Source: Dictyostelium discoideum (Eukaryota). From it: a stretch of DNA of 64,000 bases. This document shows, one piece after another, positions 54,880 through 64,000 of the stretch (positions within the stretch are counted from its first letter, which is position 1; the number at the start of each line of letters is the position of its first letter). The notes under the pieces are model-generated. The model saw nothing but the letters and a program-made list of their open reading frames with translations. It was not told the origin of the DNA and did not search any database. The stretch covers positions 4,096,001 to 4,160,000 of the forward strand of contig CM000153.2 of assembly GCA_000004695.1 (NCBI GenBank). The letters run 5' to 3'. The position numbers and the translations under genes are program-made.

Positions 54880-55187
54880 ATAACAAAATAAAAAATAAAT
54901 CATAAAATAAAAATAAATCATAAATAAAAAAATTAAATAAATTAAAAATACACTCAATAATATCCTCATATATTCCTTTTTTTTTTTTTTTTTTTTGTTT
55001 TAAATAAATATCTATAGCAAAAAAATACGCTTTATTATTTTAGTTTTTTAAATTTTTATATATCAACTGTTTTTTAAAAAAATTAATTAAAATAAAAAAA
55101 ATAAAAAAAAATAAAAAAAAAGAAAAAATAGTGGGGTTTGGGAATTTATAATTTATAAATAGTTTTTTTTTTTTTTTTCCCAATTAA

Positions 55188-55864
55188 TTAATTAAACTTT
55201 GCATTTGAAAAATCCATATCTGGGTGTTCATTTTTAAAAGTTTCAAATATTCTTTGTTTTTCTTCTTCATCAGTTGTTGGTAAACCTTGTGCTTTTCTAT
55301 TTTGATTATATAACATTTTTTCTACCATTGCTCTAGTTTCACCATCGAAATCTGATAAAGATGAATTTTGTGGTTTAATTTGTGTAACATCAATCTCTGA
55401 TTCGCCTTGAATAATACAACTCCACCATTCTTGTCCTTTTAATTTAAATAATTCAATTTCTAAATTTTTACCACTTTCTAAATAAAAAAATAAAAATAAA
55501 AATAAAAATAAAAATAAAATAAAAATAAATGTAAGAGAGTGTTTGAAAGAGTTGTTTATTGAAAATAAAAAAAAAATAAATAAAATAAAATAAAAAAATA
55601 AAATAAAATAAAAATAAAAATAAAAATAAAATACATACCTAAAGTCCAATTACAATCTGATTTTTTAACATTTTTATATAATTTACCATCAATAATTGTA
55701 TCATTTGTTATTAGATTCTTTACTGTGAGATGGTCATTGTCAATTTTAATAAATAAATCTTTTGATTTGACTGGATTTTCCAATTTGATTGACAATGTAC
55801 AATCGTTTAATGTTTGAGACCAAGTATATCTATCACATTTATTTACTTGAGATTCTTTACTCAT
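55188..55864 (-). CDS. NudC-like CS-domain protein (short form), two exons
   Basis: Exon 1 is 55864..55639 (MSKESQVNKCDRYTWSQTLNDCTLSIKL...DTIIDGKLYKNVKKSDCNWTL; donor TTAG|GTATGT). Exon 2 is 55477..55188 (acceptor TTATTTAG|; ESGKNLEIELFKLKGQEWWSCIIQGESEIDVTQIKPQNSSLSDFDGETRAMVEKMLYNQNRKAQGLPTTDEEEKQRIFETFKNEHPDMDFSNAKFN, stop). It aligns closely to the human NudC C-terminus (...EWWSRLV...[34 protein letters not shown]...HPEMDFSKAKFN). Confidence 0.8.
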
Positions 55865-55908
55865 TTTTTTTATATTTTTCGTGTAATGTGAGAGTGTTTG
55901 CTTTTCTG

Positions 55909-55949
<41 letters not shown>

Positions 55950-56138
55950 TTTTAATTTTAATTTTATTTTTTTTTTTTTTTTTTTTTTATTTAATTAAGT
56001 TTGACAAAATGTGTACAAAAATCGTTGTTAAATAAAATTTTTTTTTTTTTTTTTTTATTTTTATTTTATTTTATTTTACACACACTCACATAAATATACA
56101 TATTTAAATAATAATAATAAATAAAAAAAAATAAAAAA

Positions 56139-57407
56139 ATGAAAAAACAAATATTTTTTATTATTTTACTTTTTACATTTTTATTTTTTATTAATAATAT
56201 AGAATCAAAGAATAATAGTGTACTTGGAAATTGTGAAAAGAATCAAACTGCAAAATATAAAAAGATATCATCCAAATATGGTAATGAAGAAATTAAAGAG
56301 ATTACAACCAATCAATTAAGCAAAGATCAACTTGAAAAACATGAAATGTTTATGAAGATTGCATTGGAAATAGCAATTAAAAGTAAAGTTAAATTCGTTT
56401 CCATCATTGTATCACCAGATGATCGTGTACTTTGTTCAGGTATCTTCTCAAAAGAGAATGCCATTCTTCATAGTGAATTGGTTGCCATTACAAATTGCAG
56501 TTCGTCCCATAAAATGGTAACTTTTGAAAATCATACAATCTATAGTACTGCCGAACCAGATTCATTGTCTTCTTCTGCCATCGTATGGGCACGTTTCAAA
56601 CAAGTTGTCTATGGCTCTTCAATTAAACATCTCTATTGTAATGCTTGCTTCTCAAGTTTACCAATTGATTCAACTTATATTTTCTCAAGAGGTTATGGTA
56701 TTGGAGTTGAAAATATCCAATTGGTTGCTGGTGTTTTACAAGATCAAACCGATGCAAACTTTGGTTCCTATTGTAATTCGTCAATATCTTCAGTTTATAA
56801 AACAAATCCACAATGTAAATGTAAAAATCCAAAATTATCAAAAGAAAATACCAACAACAACGATGATGGTGATGATGATAACAAAAACCATCATCGTCGT
56901 CATAGTCAAAATAATGAAATTGATGTTGATACTAAAAATGAAAGAAATCAACACCACCATGACAAAGATGATAGTATTGATAACTTTTTCGATGAAATAA
57001 AATCTGATGATGATTTTGATAAAAGAATTGAATCAGGTAAACAAGCTGAAAAGTCAAAGAATAAAGAAAAAAAGAAACATCATTCTCACCATCACTCTCA
57101 CACTAGTAAAGATGGTCGTAGTAGAACAAGTACAAGTACAAGTATTTCAGGTAATGGTCATGCAACTGCTTCTGCCTCTGCTTCTTCTTCTTCTTCTTCT
57201 ACTTCTTTCTCTCATTCTTCCTCTTCAAATGATCATCACCATAAAAAGGATAAATCAAATAAAAACAAAGACAACAAAGAAAAAGGTGATAAAAAAGATA
57301 AAAAAGATAAAAAAGAAAAGAAAGATAAGAAAAAAGATAAAAAAGATAAATCAACCTCTGTAGAAGAAGAAATCAATACCTTAAAAGTCGAAAAGAATTC
57401 AATTTAA
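56139..57407 (+). CDS. Secreted CMP/dCMP-deaminase-fold protein with substituted zinc ligands (probable pseudo-deaminase) and a His/Ser/Lys-rich tail
   Basis: An N-terminal signal peptide (MKKQIFFIILLFTFLFFINNIES) is followed by a deaminase-like core: EMFMKIALEIAIKS...VSIIVSPDDRVLCSGIFSKENAILHSELVAI...TIYSTAEPDSLSSSAIVWARFKQVVYGS. The canonical H[AC]E...PCxxC reads HSE...PDSLSSS here, so both zinc-binding Cys are replaced. The C-terminus is a HHxHH / poly-S / (KKDK)n tail. Confidence 0.65.
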   Translation: MKKQIFFIILLFTFLFFINNIESKNNSVLGNCEKNQTAKYKKISSKYGNEEIKEITTNQLSKDQLEKHEMFMKIALEIAIKSKVKFVSIIVSPDDRVLCSGIFSKENAILHSELVAITNCSSSHKMVTFENHTIYSTAEPDSLSSSAIVWARFKQVVYGSSIKHLYCNACFSSLPIDSTYIFSRGYGIGVENIQLVAGVLQDQTDANFGSYCNSSISSVYKTNPQCKCKNPKLSKENTNNNDDGDDDNKNHHRRHSQNNEIDVDTKNERNQHHHDKDDSIDNFFDEIKSDDDFDKRIESGKQAEKSKNKEKKKHHSHHHSHTSKDGRSRTSTSTSISGNGHATASASASSSSSSTSFSHSSSSNDHHHKKDKSNKNKDNKEKGDKKDKKDKKEKKDKKKDKKDKSTSVEEEINTLKVEKNSI

Positions 57408-57622
57408 AATTTTATTAAAATAAATTTAAAAGTATTTTTTATTAAAAAAAAAAAAAAAAATATATATATATATTTATTTTTTTTATTTGGTTATTTATTT
57501 ATTTATTTATTTTAATAAAACAATATATTTAAAAAAATTTAAAATTTTTATTTTTAATGTTATATAATATATTATTTTATTTATTTAACAATTTATATAA
57601 TTATTTTTTTTTTATTTTTTTT

Positions 57623-59652
57623 TTAAATATTTAATATTTTAATTGAATCAGGTATTATACCAGGTTGAATTTGATTATTAACACCTTTAAATAGATACAT
57701 TTCTTTTACAGTTGAAGGGACACTACCTTTGGTAATAGGTGGTTTAAAGCTATATATTATTAAACGTGAAACATTTGATGGAATAGTCTTTGGATGAATT
57801 ATATGAGAGAAACCATTTCCTAATTGTAATTCTTTGACAGTGTTTGGAATTGAATAAGGACTTAGAGGATATTTAATATTATAAAAGAATAAAGATTCAA
57901 CAGAGGAGGGTATGATATCAGAGGTTATAGGTTGATCGAAACCATTACCGAAATGAATTTCTTTAATACCAAATGGGATAGAACCTTGATTTAGTTGTTG
58001 TTTTACGTCGCCAATATACAAAAGTTTAAGAGAATGAGGTATGATACTTGGAGTGATTGGATGATTGAAACCACTTCTTAAATAAAGTTCACGCAAAGTA
58101 CTAGGAATACAACCAGAGAGTAATGGTTGTTTAATTTCATAGAGGTATAGTTTCTCAATTGAGTCTGGTATTATATTTGGTAGAATAAATTGATTGAAAC
58201 CATTATTTAAATGTAATTCTGTCACACCATTGGCAATACTTCCAGGTTGTAATGGTTGTTTAATATCGTACAATACAACTTTGCTAACGGTACTTGGTAT
58301 AACATTTGGCGCAATAGTATGAGAGAATCCACTACAAAAATGAACTTCTTTGACTGTCGATGGTATACTATTAGTCTTTAATGGTTGTGCAATATCATAG
58401 AAAAATAATTTTTGAATTCCTTTTGGTAAAACATGACTTTCAAATTGATGATTAAATCCATTTAAAAAGTGAATCTCTTTAATTGTTTCCGGTATTCTTA
58501 ATTCATTAAACTTTATTTTATTTGATAAACCTAATGATGAAATATCACTTGGAATTGGTTCACCATGTGTAACATAATAATTAAAATTACCACCTAATAA
58601 AAAAAAAAAAAATTATTAGTATTATTTTATTTTTTATTTTTTATTTTTTTAAATGAAAACTTACATTTTGCTAATTTATTAATTAATAAATATTGATTAT
58701 CTTTATCTTTAAATTCTTTTGATTCAATATTATAAAAATTACCAATTGATTCAGTGAAAACATCTTCTAAATCTTGATCAAAATGAATTGTATTATCAGA
58801 GAAAGGTTGAAAACGATTTGATTTTTTCTTTTCAACTAATTGATTACAAATTTCAGTATCTTTTATTATTGAAAGTAATTGTTTTTCTTTTTGTTGATCG
58901 TACATATCGAATATATCATAATTTTCTAAACAATGGTTATGTCTACTTATTACAGCATCTATAAGGTCGGAATCTTGTTGTAGTTGATTTTTAATTTTTG
59001 TATATAACTCTTCGTTGTCCGCATGGTTGGACTCCAGTATCATTGAAACGTTTGATTCTAAATCCAAAAGGACTTGATGTAATTGTTTAAACTTTTGATG
59101 AATTTTAATTAGATTCTCTTGATGGCGTGATTCAACTAAACCAAAGCAATGATCGACTGCATTCGATACCACTTTATCACTCTCTCTGTATGCCATTATA
59201 TTTGGGAGTTGATTGGCTTTAAAACTTTCTACTATATATTGACCATTCATTTTATTGATCTCTGATATCTTGTGGCCGGCGTGGTTTTCATCTATACAAA
59301 TTGGGCATACTCCACTAAGACAATCTTCACAAACTGATGTTAAGTCTAATTGATTATGTTTTAAACATTTTATATCTACATTTAAATTAAATTCATCTTG
59401 ATGTTGAAAATATTTATTATTACTACTACTAGCATTATTCGTTATATTTGTATTTTTATTATTACTATTATTATTAATATTAATATTAATATTATTATTA
59501 TTATTTTCTATATGATTGGTTTTTTGTGGTGATTGATTAAGTCTTCCTAATTTCGATTGAAATAAGGCGACTTTATTATTACTTTGATAATAATTCTGAA
59601 AAGAAGCTTTATCTTGTAAATAATTTAAATCTTGATTATTATTTGAAATCAT
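57623..59652 (-). CDS. B-box zinc finger / coiled-coil / FNIP-repeat protein, two exons
   Basis: Exon 1 is 59652..58665 (B-box CEDCLSGVCPICIDENHAGHKI, then coiled coil; donor AAAAT|GTAAGT). Exon 2 is 58593..57623 (acceptor TATTAG|). It carries at least eight FNIP repeats (IPxSVKELxFGxGFNQPIxPxxIPxSL...). Confidence 0.8.
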
Positions 59653-59714
59653 TTTATTTATTTTATTTTATTTTATTTATTTATTTTATTATTTATTTCA
59701 ATTTATGTTATTTT

Positions 59715-59825
59715 ATTTAATTTTATTTTATTTTATTTTATTTTATTTTATTTTATTTTATTTTATTTTATTTTATTTTATTTTATTTTATTTTATTTTA
59801 TTTTATTTTATTTTATTTTATTTAT
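59715..59825. repeat. (TTTTA)n microsatellite, about 20 units
   Basis: The track's ORF 59705–59917 is this repeat translated as (ILFYF)n. Confidence 0.9.
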
Positions 59826-60304
59826 TTATTTATTTTATTAATCTTTTTTTTTTTTTTATGTTTTATTATTTTTTTTTTTTTTTATGTATCTTTGTTTTAT
59901 ATAATGAGAGAAATTAAATATTTGTTTTATATTTTTTTTTAACAATAAACAAAAAAATTTGAGTTGATAAATATTTAATGGGCTAAAAAAAGAAAAGAAA
60001 AAAGTATAAAAAAAAAAAAAAAAATTTATCATTGCGTACTTTTTTTTTATTATTATTAAAAATAATAATAAAAAAAAAAGAAAAAAAAAATGGCTATTTC
60101 TTGTGAATTCAAGATATCACTGACTTAGTTCGCTGAGATTTTTTTTTTTTTTTTTTCATTCAATTTAAATTTATTTTTTTTTATTTTATTTTTCTTTTTT
60201 TTTTTTTTTTTTTTGTGCTGATCAAAAATATTTTCGGTCAAAGGATATTTTCTTAAAAAAAAAAAATAATCAAAAACAAAAAAAATCATTTTTTTTATTT
60301 ATTT

Positions 60305-60336
<32 letters not shown>

Positions 60337-60409
60337 CATCCATTTTTTTTCCCTTTCAGCCAATCAAAACCTTTTTTTTTTAAAATTGTCCAATGGCAAG
60401 TCCCATTCT

Positions 60410-60446
<37 letters not shown>

Positions 60447-61568
60447 AAATCACACTTTCCAAACTTTTTTTTTTTGACCAAGCCACAAACAAAAAAAAAA
60501 AAAAAAAAAATTGTTTGGATGTATCAATATTATTTTAATTTATTTATTTATTTTTTTTTTTTTACATTTTTATTATCTATTTATTTTTTAATTTTTTTTT
60601 TTTAATTTATTTAATATAAATTTTAATAAAGCATAGCTAGCTGGTCACCATATATATATATGTCGACAGTTGGGTTTTTTTTTTTTAATTTTTTAAAAAA
60701 AAAAATCTTTAAGGATTAAGAAAAGCCATCCTTTTTTTTTTAATTTTTTTAATTTTTTTTTTTTTTTTTTTTCCTTTGATTTGCAGTTTTCGAACCAATT
60801 AAATTTTATCTGAAAAGCTTGGGTCCCTCTTTAAAAATAAAAAAAAAAAAAAAATTTCATCATCAAAGATATTAATTAACCAATTTTCTCAATTCTCTTT
60901 ATAATCATTTATTTATTTTAATTTTCTTTTTTTTTTTTTAAAAAAAAAAAAAATAAAAAAAAAAAAAAAAAAAAAAATTCCAAGAAAAAAAAAAAAATAA
61001 AAATAAAAATAAAAATAAAACAATTAAAAAAAATTTATAATCGCTTGTTTATGCAAGATTTTGTTTTTTTAGAATATTATTGGTTTTATTATGATTTTTT
61101 TTTTTTTTTTATTATTCAAGATGTTGATTATTTTTTTTTTTTTGATTATTTAAGAATTTCCTGAAATTGAACCATCCCCAAGAATTTCCTCTTCCTTTTT
61201 CTTGAAAAATAATATTACCTATACCAAAATAGTTAATTTTGAAGAACTTAACATTTTAGTATTGTTTTAAATTCAAATAAAATTTATTTTCCTCTTTTTA
61301 ATAGGAATTGAGGGATATAAAACCCACCTTTTTTTTTTTCCTTTTTTCTTGAAAGTCGGTTATTTCTAGATGTTAAAAAAAAAAAAGAAGAATTAAAAAT
61401 AAAAAAAAGAATTTAAAAAAAAAAAGAATTAAAAAAAAAAAAAAAGAATTAAAAAAAAAAAAAAAAAAAAGATAGGTTGATTATTCAATATTTAGATTTT
61501 ATTATTAACATTATTATTACAGTGTAATTTTTTTATTTTTTTTTATTTATCTATTTTATTATTATAAT

Positions 61569-62198
61569 TTATAATTTTGCTTTTTTATTTACAATAAATT
61601 TTGTATGAGAACCTTTTGCAATAACTATACCACTATCTTCAGAATCTAAATAAATGGTTGTTTCAGTGAAAGCTAAATTTCTACCTGACTTATAAACTGA
61701 TGATACAATGAAAATTTTTCTGTCGACTGGTGCAGGATTAGAATAAACCATTGAAATCTCCACAGAAACACTTGGCACAATAGCGTCTAAGTTTGTTGTT
61801 AATATTGCTATACTTGAGATTACATCTGTTAATGTTGCTATTGCTCCACCATGTAAATTCGATAAAACATTACAATACTATTTTTTTTCATTTTAAAAAT
61901 AAAAAAAAAAAAAAAAAAAATTGACTTGTTAATCAAATTTTATTTTTGTTTTTAAAAAAAAAAAAAAAAAATAAAATAAAATAAAATAAAAAATAATAAT
62001 AATATTAAAAATAAAAATTATAATTACTTTTTCATCTACAGTCATTGACATTACAACTTTACCCTTTTCAAGTTTTTCACAGGTACAAAGCTCTAAAAAT
62101 TGTTTATCAAAACCTTCAAATTTAGTCCATTTATTTAATAAATCTGCTAATTGATTTTTCAATTTTTCATCATTTGATTTTATAATCATATTTGCCAT
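61569..62198 (-). CDS. Hotdog-fold acyl-CoA thioesterase (PaaI / THEM2-ACOT13-like), two exons
   Basis: Exon 1 is 62198..62028 (MANMIIKSNDEKL...MSMTVDEK; donor AAA|GTAATT). Exon 2 is 61877..61569 (acceptor AAATAG|; YCNVLSNLHGGAIATLTDVISSIAILTTNLDAIVPSVSVEISMVYSNPAPVDRKIFIVSSVYKSGRNLAFTETTIYLDSEDSGIVIAKGSHTKFIV...). It matches human THEM2 (NTLHGGLTATLVD...GVSVDMNITYMSPA...KQGKTLAFTSVDL...GKLIAQGRHTKHL). Confidence 0.8.
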
Positions 62199-62708
62199 TT
62201 TCTGATAATGTATATATATAAATATTGTTGGTGGTTGTTGTTATTACCAACCTAAATTTCTTTATAAATTACATTTTTTTATTTTCGCTGTGGTCATATT
62301 ATAAAAAAAATATAAAAAAAAATAAAATAAAATGAAAAAAAAAAAAATTAAAAAAAATTAAAATTCTTTTTTTGGAGGATTATTGTGATGAATTTTTTTT
62401 TTTTTTTTTTTTTTTTTTCGTTTCGTTTTATGATGGAAACAATTTTTTTGATTTTTTTTGATTTTTTTTTTTTGGTGAAAGTCAAGACAACTGTTTTTTT
62501 TTTTTTTTTTTTGATTTATTTTTAATTATATAAACATATATTTTTTTTATTTTTTTTTATTTTTTATTTTTAATTTTATTATTATTATTTTTTTTTTTTT
62601 TTTATCTTACAAAACTACCTTGTAAATAAGATAGTAATAAAAATACTAAAATAGGTTTGATAAGAATAGAGAAAATTTTTGATTAGTAATTTATTTTACT
62701 TTATTTTT

Positions 62709-63795
<1,087 letters not shown>

Positions 63796-64000
63796 TCTAT
63801 CTCTTTTTTTTTTTTTTATTGTTTTTTTTATTTTATATTATTTTTTTATATTCTTTTTATACAGTTTTTTTTTGAACCTGTTTATATATATATTATTCGC
63901 TTTCCCTGTTTTTGTTTTATTTATTTGTTCGTTCACTATTTATTTAATATTACAATTTTTATATATATACACAAGAACCAAAATCAATAAAAAAAAAAAA

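Noticed and set aside
59705-59917. ORF encoding (ILFYF)n
   Set aside because: It is a translation of the (TTTTA)n microsatellite.
60070-60840. Short, relatively GC-richer patches, screened as tRNA or snRNA candidates
   Set aside because: No cloverleaf-compatible sequence (GTGGTAGAGC/GTTCGA-type boxes) or acceptor stem was evident by eye.

Overview
This is AT-rich nuclear DNA from a eukaryote, almost certainly Dictyostelium discoideum or a close relative, not a prokaryotic window. Genes on both strands carry short GT..AG introns (70–220 bp, extremely AT-rich) and CAA/AAT-encoded poly-Q/N tracts inside otherwise conserved proteins. Operon, CRISPR and defence-island logic does not apply. I built about 24 gene models by hand from the ORF track plus splice-site reading.

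Gene models in window order:
- ABCB-type ABC transporter, 3' end only (2–1183, +).
- Cytochrome b-c1 subunit 7 / QCR7 on the minus strand (1397–2012), three small exons, absent from the ORF track.
- RGS-domain protein (7161–8872).
- CAAX prenyl protease Ste24 (9304–11075).
- HPS1 / BLOC-3 homologue (11413–14603).
- Multi-pass membrane protein, minus strand (14771–15445).
- Roco (DEP-DEP-LRR-Roc-COR-kinase) protein, about 1.9k aa, minus strand (16361–22101).
- Sec12/PREB-like WD40 protein with a C-terminal TM micro-exon, minus strand (23612–25103).
- Two-TM miniprotein, minus strand (25354–25800).
- Q/N/T-rich protein, minus strand (26107–27338).
- Two tandem FCP1/SCP-type CTD phosphatase-like genes with identical 3' halves (30891–32029 and 34109–35316).
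- Prefoldin subunit 6 (36037–36766).
- Aspartyl aminopeptidase, minus strand (36917–38488).
- MFS sugar transporter (39325–41154).
- Two tandem cysteine-LRR paralogs (41733–44501 and 44756–48792); the second is interrupted by a 1-nt frameshift in an A9 run.
- Intron-containing Tc1/mariner-like DNA transposon (about 49430–51560).
- Multi-frameshifted pseudogene immediately downstream of the transposon (51655–54879).
- Short NudC-like CS-domain protein, minus strand (55188–55864).
- Secreted CMP/dCMP-deaminase-like protein with substituted zinc ligands (56139–57407).
- B-box/FNIP-repeat protein, minus strand (57623–59652).
- Hotdog thioesterase, minus strand (61569–62198).
- Small three-exon conserved-looking protein, minus strand (62709–63795).

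No tRNA or rRNA gene was recognised. I found no coherent novel multi-gene system.

The most notable points:
- the transposon with an adjacent decayed gene;
- the two tandem duplications;
- a PG_binding_1-like motif inside the HPS1 homologue;
- a Roco protein with two DEP domains and a degenerate P-loop;
- a pseudo-deaminase;
- a possibly intron-split start codon;
- several short G/C-homopolymer islands that look like low-quality gap-fill sequence.

Hand-derived exon coordinates may be off by 1–2 nt.
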